DNA of 63,517 bases, counting the filler, from Octopus bimaculoides (Eukaryota), in the NCBI RefSeq assembly GCF_001194135.2. It is 5 parts of 5 records of this genome, joined end to end, with 100 filler letters (N's around TTAATTAATTAA, not from the genome) between each part and the next. Parts side by side here need not be neighbours in the genome. Positions count along the whole stretch, not along the records: positions 1 to 16,434 come from NC_068984.1; positions 16,535 to 29,103 come from NC_069000.1; 3 more parts are not named here. One strand, 5' to 3'. The position numbers were made by a program, and so were the translations under genes. The notes under the pieces are model-generated. The model was not told the DNA's origin. It did no database searches and was given only the letters and a program-made list of their open reading frames with translations. Shown one piece after another: positions 14,164-27,561 of this stretch; the first letter of the stretch is position 1, and the number at the start of each line of letters is the position of its first letter.

Positions 14164-14375
14164 TTACTCTTTTACTCTTTTACTTGTTTCAAAAATCATT
14201 TGACTGCAGCCATGCTGGAGCACCGCCTTTAGTCGAGCAAATCGACCCCACGACTTATTCTTTGGAAGCCTAGTACTTATTCTATCAGTCTCTTTTGCCG
14301 AACCGCTAAGTTACAGAGACGTAAACACACCACCATCGGTTGTCAAGCGATGGTGGGGGGACAAACACAGACACA

Positions 14376-14461
<86 letters not shown>

Positions 14462-14637
14462 TACGACGGTCTTCTTTATATACATATATACGACGGTCTA
14501 CCAAATCCACTCACAAGGCTTTGGTCGGCCCGAGGCTATAGTAGAAGACTTGCCCAAGGTGCCACGCAGTGGCATTGAACCAGGAACCATGTGGTTGGTA
14601 AGCAATCTACTTGCCACACAGCCACTCCTGCGCCTGT
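14164..14637 (-). mobile_element. SINE family A, full length, young
   Basis: Near-identical reverse complement of 31618-32040, with a (TTACTCT)n tail at the left. Confidence 0.95.
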
Positions 14638-14958
14638 ACATGTTTATGCGCAAAGTTTACCTGTATATCAGCAACGTTTGGAATGAGGAGTGCATCCTAC
14701 GACAGATCAGTTGCAAACATCACTGTCATTTATAAGAAGGGTCAAAGGTCTATTTGCAGAAATAATATGGGCAATATTGCTGGTAAGGTCCTGGCTAAGG
14801 TACTGCTTACATCAGCTGCATAACCGAATCAGTGCTGTTTGAATCGCAGTGTACGTTAAGTGTTGACTGCGCAGACACACAGACACAAACACAAACGCAC
14901 AAAAACGCAAACAGAAACATACAGACACATATACAAATACACACGCGCATACACAGAC

Positions 14959-14993
<35 letters not shown>

Positions 14994-15702
14994 TGTTTGA
15001 AACAAGAGAATGCATGATGGTGAGTAAGTGTGAATTTCCATTAAAATATAGGCAGTTGATCTGTTATACACCGACTAAAATTACAGAATTATTACAGTCG
15101 NNNNNNNNNNNNNNNNNNNNNNNNNNNNNNNNNNNNNNNNNNNNNNNNNNNNNNNNNNNNNNNNNNNNNNNNNNNNNNNNNNNNNNNNNNNNNNNNNNNN
15201 NNNNNNNNNNNNNNNNNNNNNNNNNNNNNNNNNNNNNNNNNNNNNNNNNNNNNNNNNNNNNNNNNNNNNNNNNNNNNNNNNNNNNNNNNNNNNNNNNNNN
15301 NNNNNNNNNNNNNNNNNNNNNNNNNNNNNNNNNNNNNNNNNNNNNNNNNNNNNNNNNNNNNNNNNNNNNNNNNNNNNNNNNNNNNNNNNNNNNNNNNNNN
15401 NNNNNNNNNNNNNNNNNNNNNNNNNNNNNNNNNNNNNNNNNNNNNNNNNNNNNNNNNNNNNNNNNNNNNNNNNNNNNNNNNNNNNNNNNNNNNNNNNNNN
15501 NNNNNNNNNNNNNNNNNNNNNNNNNNNNNNNNNNNNNNNNNNNNNNNNNNNNNNNNNNNNNNNNNNNNNNNNNNNNNNNNNNNNNNNNNNNNNNNNNNNN
15601 NNNNNNNNNNNNNNNNNNNNNNNNNNNNNNNNNNNNNNNNNNNNNNNNNNNNNNNNNNNNNNNNNNNNNNNNNNNNNNNNNNNNNNNNNNNNNNNNNNNN
15701 NN

Positions 15703-15738
<36 letters not shown>

Positions 15739-15925
15739 AGAGAGAGAGAGAGATGGGGATAGATTCACAGATAGACAGAGAGAACATTTATACTCAATAT
15801 TTTACTTAAAGGGATAGAACTTGCTTTTGTGCACAAATATACGCATAACAAAGAGTGTATAAGTGTGTGTGTGTGTGTTTGTAGCCATAACGCACACATT
15901 CGTATACGTACGCATACACATGTAT

Positions 15926-15961
<36 letters not shown>

Positions 15962-16392
15962 GAATACAAACAGACAACCACACGAACACACACCAGCAAA
16001 ATTATAAGGTACGAACGATCATCCAACTGAAATACGCATATATATGTTCTCAAATATTCACGGACACATATTGTATCTTTCACACACTTACATAACTGAA
16101 GATATATAACACATTCATGTCGAAGCACATAACCGAAGAATACCTTCCAACGTCACGCACGTTGACAGATGGATCCGTTTATGCATATTCACACACAGGC
16201 ACACACACACGCACGCACACACACACAGATGCAAACACATATACACACATGAAAACACGCACTCACTCATACACACGCATACATGCACAAACATCTACGC
16301 AATGCTCAATACGTGACTGCTATTATGCAAGTGCTTTTGCGTGGATCATACAGCGAATTTCTTAAATATACACTCACACACACTCACGCATA

Positions 16393-16428
<36 letters not shown>

Positions 16429-16434
16429 CATATA

Positions 16435-16534
16435 NNNNNNNNNNNNNNNNNNNNNNNNNNNNNNNNNNNNNNNNNNNNTTAATTAATTAANNNNNNNNNN
16501 NNNNNNNNNNNNNNNNNNNNNNNNNNNNNNNNNN
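16435..16534. other. Artificial scaffold-join spacer (44N-TTAATTAATTAA-44N)
   Basis: Exactly 100 bp. The palindromic 12-mer gives stop codons in all six frames. Confidence 0.95.
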
Positions 16535-17093
16535 GGGAAAATACAGACATCATGATTCGGATAAAAATTTCAAAACATTTCTGTACTTACGGTTACGGTT
16601 TTAGGGTTAGGGTGTTAGGATTAGGGTTAGCGTTGGGAAAAAAGTCAAAATTGAAGAAGCTGGGGAGAAAGGGAGGGGGAAAGATTTCCCAAAGCCGATT
16701 TTTGGCAATTTTCCGGAACTTCCGTATCCGAAAACGGGGATTTTTGGCAAAAAAAAATTACAAAAATAAACAAATCTAGGAAAAAATGGTGGGGAGGAGT
16801 CTTTCCCAAAATGACAGCTTCCAAATCCTGTTTCCTGGTTGGGTGAAAATTATCTATAACTTTTTAAAAACATTGAAATTAATTTTTTTTTTTTGCTAAA
16901 TCGTAATCTCCGATATCGAAAACATGAATCTGAAAAACAATTTTTTTTTTAACTACTGGTTCAAAAGTTAGAGTAGGTGGGGGGATTCCGAAGAAGTACG
17001 GTGATCTACTTTATGAAAAGACTAAAAGTACTCTCCCAAATTATCAGATGATTTTTATTTCGTGAGTTGTCAAATAAATATCGCAAGAAGAAA

Positions 17094-18090
17094 GATAACC
17101 TAACTCATTCATGCCAGAGGAAATTAAGTACCAGCACAAGTAACGGAGTCAGTCCTATGATCGATCGAGTCGGGATTAGGCTATTACCGGTATTTACCCT
17201 AACACCTTCTTCGTATTAGTATTTGAGCTAGATATGGCTTTAATCTTTAATTTAGAAAGGATACCGAAAGACGTTTTTTCGATCTACGTAAAAAAAGTCT
17301 TAAAGTTGATATTCTCTAATATCGGTACCTTTGTCGATTACTCCAATGGACAGCTATTTGACCTATTTGAACATTAGTTATTGTACTTAGTCCTCAACAT
17401 CTCTGGGAAAAAACCAAAGTAGCTGTTAAGTGCTGGAGTTTCATAATGTTAAAATATCTTAAGTGTTATATCATTGTTTTCTCGGCTACTCTACTCCACC
17501 TCACGTACAAACATTACTTAATTTCAAACAGTTAGAGACGAGTTACGTGTACATGCAGTGGTAGTCTCATGGATCAGATGTTTATTACACTCTCAGATCG
17601 AATCGTATCCATTGTACATATCTGGCAATTAGACCTCCGATGATGATCGGAGATCAAATCGATCGAAATCTAGTATAGATGTAAATATTCAAAAATCTTT
17701 CGTCTCTAAGAACAGGGTGTGCTCCTTAAAATGTTTCTCTTTATATTAAACATAGCATTTTTTGTTATCTACCATAAATCTGGCGCTTCTTAACAGCTAC
17801 TTTGGCCGTTTCCAGAGATGTTGAGGACTAAGTACAATAACTAACGTCCAAATAGGTCAAATAGCTGTCCATTGGAGTAATCGACAAAGGTACTGATTTT
17901 TTTTACGTAGATCGAAAAAACGTCTTTCAGTTTCCTTTATGAATTAAAAATTAAAGCCGTACCTAGCTCAAATACTAAATACAAAGAAGGTGTTAGGTTA
18001 AATACCGGTAATAGCCTAATCCCGACTCAATCGATCATAGGACTCAGTGCTGGTACTTAATTTCCTCTCGTATGAATGAGTTAGGTTATC
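17094..18090. mobile_element. Foldback/MITE-like element with ~300-340-bp inverted arms
   Basis: 17094-17430 is the reverse complement of 17789-18090 (about 90% plus indels), around a 358-bp spacer. Confidence 0.85.
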
Positions 18091-21000
18091 GTTCTTAACT
18101 CCTAAGACAAAAGATTCAGTTGACAAAATATTATCAAGTGTCCTTGAATGTGATCAAACATAAAATAGAACATTCGCTTTGTGCCCCACTTCTAAGAAGA
18201 AGAACTTACTATTTTTAATAATTTCAGTTAGGAAAATTATTTTTGTAATTTATTTTCTTATACCTTTTCCTTAATCTTCACCATTTTTCTTTTTCTCTAC
18301 CTCTTTCTAATCTATTCATTTCATCAACAAACTAAGGACAGAACTTCGGCTTACTAGAAATAGCAGCCAAATTGCTTTCGATTCATACCTACATTCTTAT
18401 AAACATACAAGTCGAGGAAATGGTCTTGGGCTCCCTGGACATACAAAAAAATACGAAATAATCAAGGCTGGAAATAACAATGACCACAGGTCTGCTCGGT
18501 AAGAGAGCTCAACAACAAAATCATCTTTGTGATACATTCTTGAAACTCGCAAACCAAATGTATACCATCTTTTTAAAGTGAGCAAAAGAGGAACTGTCAT
18601 GAATTAGATGTGGGCTATATCATAGATGGGCGGAGGTAAAGGACATGGAGCGCACTCCCTTCCGGTTTCTTTTGTTGTGTTTATTTTTTCTACAGAAACC
18701 CAATTTTTCGACTGCGGAGAGTCCGAATCTGCAAAACCATCGGCATTTCAAAATTTTTTATTCCCCTACCCACCTACACCCCCAATTTTTCACTTTTTTA
18801 AAAAAAATGTGGGCGGCGAAATACGAAGAAAAATACGGAGATTATGATTTTGGAAAATAATTTTGGAAAATTTCAATTTTTTAAAAATAAATAAACACCC
18901 CNNNNNNNNNNNNNNNNNNNNNNNNNNNNNNNNNNNNNNNNNNNNNNNNNNNNNNNNNNNNNNNNNNNNNNNNNNNNNNNNNNNNNNNNNNNNNNNNNNN
19001 NNNNNNNNNNNNNNNNNNNNNNNNNNNNNNNNNNNNNNNNNNNNNNNNNNNNNNNNNNNNNNNNNNNNNNNNNNNNNNNNNNNNNNNNNNNNNNNNNNNN
19101 NNNNNNNNNNNNNNNNNNNNNNNNNNNNNNNNNNNNNNNNNNNNNNNNNNNNNTTGCACACACACACAAGATGACATTTAATTTTTTTTTCTTTTTTGGT
19201 AATTCGTATTTAGAAAGTGGATCTTCGGTTTGGCTGTTGTTTCTAAATTGTCGGACTTTCCGGTTGGAGCGTACTTAGAATTGAAGATTTTGAAAAACCC
19301 CAAAACCCGTTTTCAAAATTTTAATTTCGAAATGCCGATGGAATCTCCGCAATCGAAAAGGTAGGTTTCTGTAGAAAAAAAAGACACCCCCCTCCCTCAA
19401 AAAAAAAATAACCGAAAGGTAGCACGGTCCATAGATGGCAGTCCTATCTGAAACAGGCAACATTGCAGCATCTGATTACTAGCTCAACTACATTAGTGAA
19501 AATGTTGCTGAGATAGAAAAATGCACCATGTTGGATGAGTAAAAAAGGAGTAGTCTGCAATAAGTGAAGGGTTATTAGTTGAGGTACCATACAGAAGTGA
19601 GCTTACTTAAGTGCACCATTGAAGAATGTATTCATCCAGGCTGGAGTGTAGAAGTAATATGAAGGAGTTATATAAAAATTTATAAACCCACCCGGTATGG
19701 ATATATAGGGAACTGTAAATCATCAATTGAATTATGTGGACTTAATCGCAACTACCGCTAGCCATATAATGTCTATGTGGCAAAAGACAAGCCAAAACGT
19801 AAGGCTCACAATACTAGAAACATTTCATGACTATGGCAGCATATGTTTGTAGAAAATATCACGCAGAAATTAGTTAATATACATATATCATTCTTATTAA
19901 TTAAGGATATATGCTGGATGCACTAACATTAGATCATAGGAATTTGGGAGACATAAAAATGACGTACACCAGAACTGGTAAACACTACAGTAAACACTTG
20001 ACGTAAAAAGAAAAATCATTCTTTAATCGCAATTTTTGTCAACGTGGGAATCTGGGTAGTCGCTCGAATATTTAGAAATACCAACCAAATATTCGCCAAA
20101 TTTACATCCTGCTATTTTCGAAGACCATGTTGAACAATGTAGTTACTGGCATAAAAAGACGAAATTCACACAGCTGGAAAGTCTTTGGTAACTCTGCTCA
20201 ACATCAACACATCTGAGACAAAAACAACACAATCTTCACAACTAAATACTTACTAATGACAGTTTGTATCTAAAATACATTTCTTTCCATAAACTGTGGT
20301 TTCTGGTCTATGATTAAGTACGATCCCACCGACAGAGACCTTGGAGGTTTAAAACGTGAACGTGAACAAAAGGTGTATGCTAAAATCTAGTATATTCTTA
20401 TGAGGTATTCTTGATGAGAAAGAAATTATAATATTCATTGGTTATATTAAATAAGATAATAGTGATATAAATGTTGTTGGGTTGTTTCTTTACGGTAGGG
20501 AGTGACTAATCGAGTCTGCGATTATTTTGATTCCCGAATAAAACCATAAGAATATTAAACACATTCTAACAGTACTTTAATCACTGTTCGTTTGAGGGGA
20601 AACACATGAACAACACTACGCCGTTTCCACTATAAAGCTGAACATTTCTGACCAATCTACTAAGTTAATAACTTTCATAGAATTTGTGAAATTTAAAAAT
20701 GAAATGCAGACGGAAAACTAAATTGCGAAAATAGACTCTATTCGTAATCGAAATTTCAATAACAAATGTATTATATATGAATGAATATTTTCCAAATATA
20801 AACAGAAAATAATAAATAATCACATGAAGGAAATAACGATAAACTATACGATACCTATTAAAATGAAATGTTACATCGAATGTTGCTTACTTCCAAGTTG
20901 ATTGTGAATGTGACGAGAGTGTGGTTTACTCCACTTCCTTGTTATGTGCTGCTGCTGGTGCTCGGCGTAATTACCGCACACCGTAATTAACTTATTCAGC

Positions 21001-21244
21001 AAAAGAGTTCAACAGATTCTGGAAAATTCAGATTTCACTTTCCCTTTTCAGATGGTTGACTTTATCCTTTCAGTTAAATACACTTACAATAACGTAATAA
21101 AAAATGCGTAAGAGAGACGACACTTTGTTGTCTATATTCAATATCCGAAAGAAAAAATACTGTAGATATTTTCATATAAATAATAAATGAAAGAAATGTC
21201 ATCACTCATATTTTGAATTGCTAGGAATTATGATATTCTGAAGC

Positions 21245-21729
21245 GGAATTCTGGTTTAAGCACCACATATAACCCCGCATTACTTTTTTAACTGTTTGGA
21301 ACTTTCAGAACATTTTTACGAATTTGTGTTCTACACATGGGAATTCATACAATTATGAAAAAAAAATTTTTTTTTTAATTTTCAACTCTCCCCCATAAAT
21401 CCTAAAAGTTCAACTCTTTTTTCGAATTTTTTGCTTACATTCCCTTCGGTGCATCATCATTCCATTAAATATGTTTATGGGGAGAAAATATTGAAAAAAA
21501 AAAACAATACATGTCAGAGTAGTAAGAAATGGGGACGGTATCCGGTGGTCGTGGGATGTGCTAAAAAATAACAGCTAAATCGCGCATAAATCTTACACAC
21601 ATTTTTTTTTTCCTAATCATATGAATTCCCGTGTGTAGAACTCAAATTTGCAAACATTCTCTGAAAATTCCAAAGATTTTTTTTTGTTAAGTTATAAGGT
21701 GTTATATGGAGTCCTTAAACCAAAATTCC
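21245..21729. mobile_element. Old inverted-repeat (MITE-like) element
   Basis: Arms 21245-21357 and 21613-21729 are reverse complements at roughly 75% (ggaatt.tggtttaag.ac..catataac..gttctacaca.gggaattcata). Confidence 0.65.
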
Positions 21730-22287
21730 ACCCTAACTGGTTAGCAGAATATTATTAGACAATTACTAGAATAACATCATTAGACAATTACTTACATTGA
21801 CTAGAGAGTCATTGTCTGGGGAGAAAAAAGACGGTAACTGTTAGCTCATTGACCGTAGATCTAATCAATCAAAGCTGAACTTGAAACAAATACTGCGGAT
21901 ACCTACACGTGAATGTCCCGCCCCGATTTTGTTTCCTCATAACTTTCAGAAAATTGAATATCTTTTAATGAAATTTTTTACAAATGCGCTTCAGATGATG
22001 TAAATTACTATTATATCGGAATTTAGGAAAAAGAATTTTCCGTGAGTGTGAAAAGGGGTTTCGGAAAATTTACACGATTCGGCTTTGTTTCCTCATAGGA
22101 GTAGATTACAATTATATCGGAATTTAATAAAGGAAAAAAAAATTGGAAGGATAGCACACTAACATACTGACACACGTTGCATATATATATATACAAAACG
22201 AAACTTGAAAGGCATAACTATAGATTTCTGCCCCACCGACTTTGGATGATCATAACTGTCAGAAAAATAGATATTTTTTAATGAAAT

Positions 22288-22510
22288 TGTAGTAACGCCG
22301 TGCGCATGCGTAGTCTCACGCATGCATGGAATTAAACAAGCAAGCGTGCCCGCTCAATTCATTCTCTTTCTTGCTGGCCAGCAATAGAGCATGGACGTGT
22401 CAAGCAGTGTCTCTGACATTCCGCTGAGCTGCAATAACCCACTTTCTTATAAAGTGGTGATTCGACGAAGAAACAAACGCAGCATGGACTCTGGACTACC
22501 AACTTATAAC
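22288..22510 (+). repeat. LTR 1 (short variant)
   Basis: Starts TGTAGTAACGC. First ~140 bp match LTR 2 and 3. Ends ccaacttataac directly before TGGTGAACCCGAC. Confidence 0.6.
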
Positions 22511-22523
22511 TGGTGAACCCGAC
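22511..22523 (+). other. Putative primer-binding site
   Basis: TGGTGAACCCGAC starts with TGG (complement of tRNA 3'-CCA) directly after LTR 1. Confidence 0.5.
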
Positions 22524-23749
22524 TAAAGAACAAATACGGCCATGGAGACTGAACTACGTATTACCAACATCTCCAATCATAGTCAACACGACTCAACAAG
22601 CGCGGTTTTTATTCTCGCCTTTGTTAGAGTGGATGTTTCCACTCACGATAAACAGACAAGAATTACAGCCTGCGATATTTCCTATTGTGTACTCAAAAAA
22701 CTTGGTATAAATCTCTCACGTGTTCTGACTTTCTTTCTGCTGTGATATTTCACATACATATAGACGGCCTGTTTTTTATTATGTTCTTATATGTCGCATT
22801 CACACACTCACATACACATACATCTTTTATGCCACACAATAACTCTTGTTATTCATTTCATATGGTTGTCTTTTCTATCGTCTCATTACTGGTATTTACG
22901 AATTCACTAATGTTCGTAGTATAACATAATTACTTGTATATCATCTTTGATATATATTTTGGTGTTCGACCGTGTGNNNNNNNNNNNNNNNNNNNNNNNN
23001 NNNNNNNNNNNNNNNNNNNNNNNNNNNNNNNNNNNNNNNNNNNNNNNNNNNNNNNNNNNNNNNNNNNNNNNNNNNNNNNNNNNNNNNNNNNNNNNNNNNN
23101 NNNNNNNNNNNNNNNNNNNNNNNNNNNNNNNNNNNNNNNNNNNNNNNNNNNNNNNNNNNNNNNNNNNNNNNNNNNNNNNNNNNNNNNNNNNNNNNNNNNN
23201 NNNNNNNNNNNNNNNNNNNNNNNNNNNNNNNNNNNNNNNNNNNNNNNNNNNNNNNNNNNNNNNNNNNNNNNNNNNNNNNNNNNNNNNNNNNNNNNNNNNN
23301 NNNNNNNNNNNNNNNNNNNNNNNNNNNNNNNNNNNNNNNNNNNNNNNNNNNNNNNNNNNNNNNNNNNNNNNNNNNNNNNNNNNNNNNNNNNNNNNNNNNN
23401 NNNNNNNNNNNNNNNNNNNNNNNNNNNACTATAGCTCTGCTCCTTGACCACAACTTCCTGAGTACGGACATTCAAAATCAACTTGTGTAACTCTTATACG
23501 AACTGGATTTTTTGTCTCTACAGACACTTTTACTATGTTCTGTGTTTTTTCTCACACACACTTGTGCACTCACACACTTTCTTTCATTTATACATTGCAT
23601 GCATGTTCTCACGAGTACACATTCATTTCTTTCATTTTTCTTTGTGTGTGTTTTGTGCTACATCTTGGTGGTTTTCAGTGGGCATCCTGCCTCAGGCGTT
23701 CTAACAGATTTTATATTATCGTGCGTTTCTCGCACTGGCAAGGGAGCCC

Positions 23750-24159
23750 TGTAGTAACGCTGTGCACATGCGTAGTCTCACGCATGTGTGAAATTAAACA
23801 AGCAAGCGTTCCCGCTCAATTCATTCTCTTTCTTGCTGGCCAGCAATAGAGCATGGACGTGTCAAGCAGTGTCTCCAACACCCAACTCTGGAGACAGTCT
23901 CTTTACGTGTTTAGCTGTCACTCTCCATCTTTCGGACTTACGCTCGACAGCTCGCTTACACCTACAGAACAACGTCCCAACAACTATGCTCACACAATTA
24001 GAAGCTGTAACAACAAGAGCTAAAGATGTATATATTTACCACCGAAATAAATGTTATTTAAGTTGATAGTCCGGAGTTAAGCGTTCCGTTTAGATTCTCT
24101 AATTTTATATAGGAAAGTCAGGTATACGTCTAATGATGTATAACCAACTTTCCTATACA
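23750..24159 (+). repeat. LTR 2 (410 bp)
   Basis: TG..CA termini, preceded by purine-rich GGCAAGGGAG. About 90% identical to 25477-25836. Confidence 0.7.
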
Positions 24160-24379
24160 TCTTTTATGCCACACAATAACTCTTGTTATTCATTTCATAC
24201 GGTTGTCTTTTCTATCGTCTCATTACTGGTATTTACGAAATCTATGTTATCGAAGTATAACATTATTTGTATATCATCATTGATATATATTTTGTGTTCG
24301 ACCGTGTGACACGTTTAAATAAAAGGAGTCCTCTGTTATTCCATTCGTCACCATTTCTCCTTTTTGAGTTCGCACGGTC

Positions 24380-24490
24380 ATTCTTTCATCTTGGGCTAAG
24401 AAAATTTTTCTTCGAGGTTTTCGCTAATGGCCGTACAGAGATTTGTCTGTCGATCGTCTGTAAAAAGCGCACCTCTTCAAACACCATCAC
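24380..24490 (+). pseudogene. Gypsy integrase C-terminal remnant
   Basis: With one frameshift reads NGRTE..SVDRL*KAHL, resembling Gypsy NGRxDTVSxDRLKxAxL. Confidence 0.4.
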
Positions 24491-25476
24491 CGAGTGNNNN
24501 NNNNNNCGTCTGTAAAAAGCGCACCTCTTCAAACACCATCACCGAGTGACCTTTTCGCCACCAGCTTCGTTCAACCAAGATTACCACCATGACGACAACA
24601 ATTACTATTACCAACTACAAGCATTCCCCCTGACGTCGCCAAGTTTCAACAGATCATTACCACTGTCAACATCATTACCACCACACATACAGAACACAGC
24701 TATATTACAGTTCCTGCGCCGACGTCTTTACCATCAATGTACTGTCTACCACAATGTCGTGCGCCAACAACCCCACCACCAGGGACACACCATATCAACA
24801 CACTCGGTTTTGTCGACTCTATTAGAGTGGATGTTTCCACTCACGATCAACAGACCAAATTTTCCTTGTGTAACTTTCATAGAATATTCCGTACCAGGTA
24901 ACCCGTCACAACTGACCTCGACTTCCTGAGTACGAACATTCTATCTCCTTGTGGGACTCTTGTACGAACTGGATTTTTTCTCTACAGACACTTTTACTAT
25001 ATTCTGTGTTTTTTCTCACACACACTTGTGCACTCACACACTTTCTTTCATTTGTACATTGCATGCATGTTCTCAAGAGTGCACATTCATTTCTTTCATT
25101 TTTCTTTGTGTNNNNNNNNNNNNNNNNNNNNNNNNNNNNNNNNNNNNNNNNNNNNNNNNNNNNNNNNNNNNNNNNNNNNNNNNNNNNNNNNNNNNNNNNN
25201 NNNNNNNNNNNNNNNNNNNNNNNNNNNNNNNNNNNNNNNNNNNNNNNNNNNNNNNNNNNNNNNNNNNNNNNNNNNNNNNNNNNNNNNNNNNNNNNNNNNN
25301 NNNNNNNNNNNNNNNNNNNNNNNNNNNNNNNNNNNNNNNNNNNNNNNNNNNNNNNNNNNNNNNNNNNNNNNNNNNNNNNNNNNNNNNNNNNNNNNNNNNN
25401 NNNNNNNNNNNNNNNNNNNNNNNNNNNNNNNNNNNNNNNNNNNNNNNNNNNNNNNNNNNNNNNNNNNNNNNNNNNN

Positions 25477-25836
25477 AACCAAGCGTTCCCGCTCAATTCA
25501 TTCTCTTTCTTGCTGGCCAGCAATAGAGCATGGACGTGTCAAGCAGTGTCTCTGACATTCCAACCTGGAGACAGTCTCTTTACGTGTATAGCTGTCACTC
25601 TCCATCTTTCGGACTTACACTCGACAGCTCGCTCACATCTACATAACAACGTCCCAACAACTATGCTCACACACATAGAAGCTGTAACAACAAGAGCTAA
25701 AGATGTATATATTTACCACCTGAATAAATGTTGTTTAAGTTGATAGTCTGGAGTTCAGCGTTCCGTTTAATTTCTTAATATTATATAGGAAAGTCAGGTA
25801 TACATCTAATGATGTATAACCAACTTTCCTATAACA
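25477..25836 (+). repeat. LTR 3 (5' end lost in gap)
   Basis: Colinear with LTR 2 and ends ..ttcctataaCA. Confidence 0.7.
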
Positions 25837-26173
25837 TTTTCTACGAATATGTGTTATATCATGTAGATTCCGAATATACAGACTTTATGGGGAAGGAAGT
25901 GTTTTAGGGGTGGGGAATTTCGGAAAATTCACCGGAGTCCGCTTTAATTCGTCTCAACTGTCAAGAAAATGGATACTTTTTAATGAAATTCTCTACAAAT
26001 ATACCTCAGACTATGTAGATTCCGAGGACATAGGAATTTGTGATTTTTTTGGTTTGACGGGCAACACTTGTTTTCTTAACGAAACACTTTCAAACTTGGG
26101 ATACTGGTAGAATGTGTCATATAAAACATCTTTTTCTCTTAGCCTTCTTAACAAAAATTACTTCTTAATAAAT

Positions 26174-26679
26174 TATTTCATGTTAAAGTTGTCGTATTTC
26201 TGTAATTTCAACCAATCACTGACGTCTATTCAGCTGAATACAGTCACTACTCTTTTTATAAACAATAATTTTTACCGGTGTTATTCCCTGTTTAATTATA
26301 TCATTATTCCCTAGTAAGGGTTTAGGGTTCGGGTTTTAGAGTTAGGGTTAGTTTTAAGATTACGGTTAGGGTTATGATTATTTTTGCCATAACCTCATTC
26401 ATAACCCTAACCCCAACCCTAAAACCCGAACCCTAACCCTAAAACCAGTACAAACGCACGAACGATGTCATAAATAACAGTGACAAACGAAATATATACC
26501 GCTGATAGTTGTTATTGACAACGGATAGTTTTTGCTGACAAACAACGGCACTAATTTTATTCAAGGGAAAAGATCCCCTGACACCGTTGTTTACATTCCA
26601 CATCGTAATTGTTTTCACCTCAATAGACATCAGTGATTGGTTGAAATTACCGAAATACGACAATTTTTTACATGAAATA
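26174..26679. mobile_element. Palindromic MITE-like element with inner head-to-head TTAGGG-like arrays
   Basis: Outer inverted repeat 26174-26230 / 26622-26679. Inner G-rich 26315-26375 versus C-rich 26399-26446. Confidence 0.75.
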
Positions 26680-27561
26680 GCTTCGAATACAAAATTTTTA
26701 TCTGTTCTATAACACAAAATATACAAGTATTCGAAATTTGAAAGTGTTTCGGTACCAAAAAGATCCGGAATTTGGGGTGGGGAAAAAATTGGGGTTTATT
26801 TTTGAGAATTGTTCCCCACTCGGGGGTGTTTCGGAACAAGTCGTTCGTATTTGTTTCATTTTCTCCGTTTTGTGCATCTGTAGAATTCTACTGAAGCAAA
26901 TGAAACACTGACCAGAAAACTCGTTATGCTAAAAATAACAGCAAATGGTCTGGTACATAGAAATATGTTATAAAGACGACTTATCTGTTGCATACGATTT
27001 TTGTTTTTCATTTTAAGTAAATTCCCAGGCAAACATACCTAATAGAAAGGCAGAAGACACCAGAGGCAAAAATAAGGAATATATATACGCACAGTTAAAT
27101 ATAGAAGTATAAAGTTTAATTTGTTACATAATCTCTATAGTAAACATGATACTGAATGGAATAATTCCACCTTTGCACTTTTTTAATTACATGTGTGTGC
27201 GCGCGTGCACGCGCATGGATGCTCATATTAAATTCCTACTATATCCATCTGAGATATAGACTTTGCCCATGTCAAGATACTTAAGATATTCATCTTAATC
27301 AGGTATCAAAATGGAAGTTTTTTTTTCACTGGACACAGAAATACTGGAAAAGGTGGGATGTTTCAATATGAAAGTTTGCCTTATCAAGTACAGTATGTGA
27401 TGTGTTAGTCATGTCAACTGTGTTGATGGTTTCATGTTTCCAAAGTGATTATTTTATAGAGAATTAGTTATTGGAAAGTGGTCCCAGGAAGTGAAAGGCT
27501 GTCTATAAGGAACAATAGTCTACAATTAATGAGTATTGGGTGACACTGCTTCGCTAGAAAG

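Larger units (their letters stand above)
22288..25836 (+). mobile_element. Tandem non-autonomous LTR retroelement array (LTR-int-LTR-int-LTR), Gypsy-derived
   Basis: Three LTR-like repeats starting TGTAGTAACGC and ending CCAACTT..TATA(A)CA. PBS-like sequence after the first, PPT-like sequence before the second, and duplicated internal blocks (22820-22976 ~ 24160-24308; 23455-23650 ~ 24922-25111). Confidence 0.7.

Noticed and set aside
16590-16635. TTAGGG-like repeats near a scaffold start as a real telomere
   Set aside because: Short, degenerate and embedded in other repeat-like sequence, with no long pure array.
24455-24547. Exact ~42-bp direct repeat around a 10-N gap
   Set aside because: Same unmerged-overlap artefact.
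22288-25836. CRISPR-like or gene-array interpretation of the repeated blocks
   Set aside because: Eukaryotic DNA. The units are hundreds of bp with LTR hallmarks, not short repeats with unique spacers.
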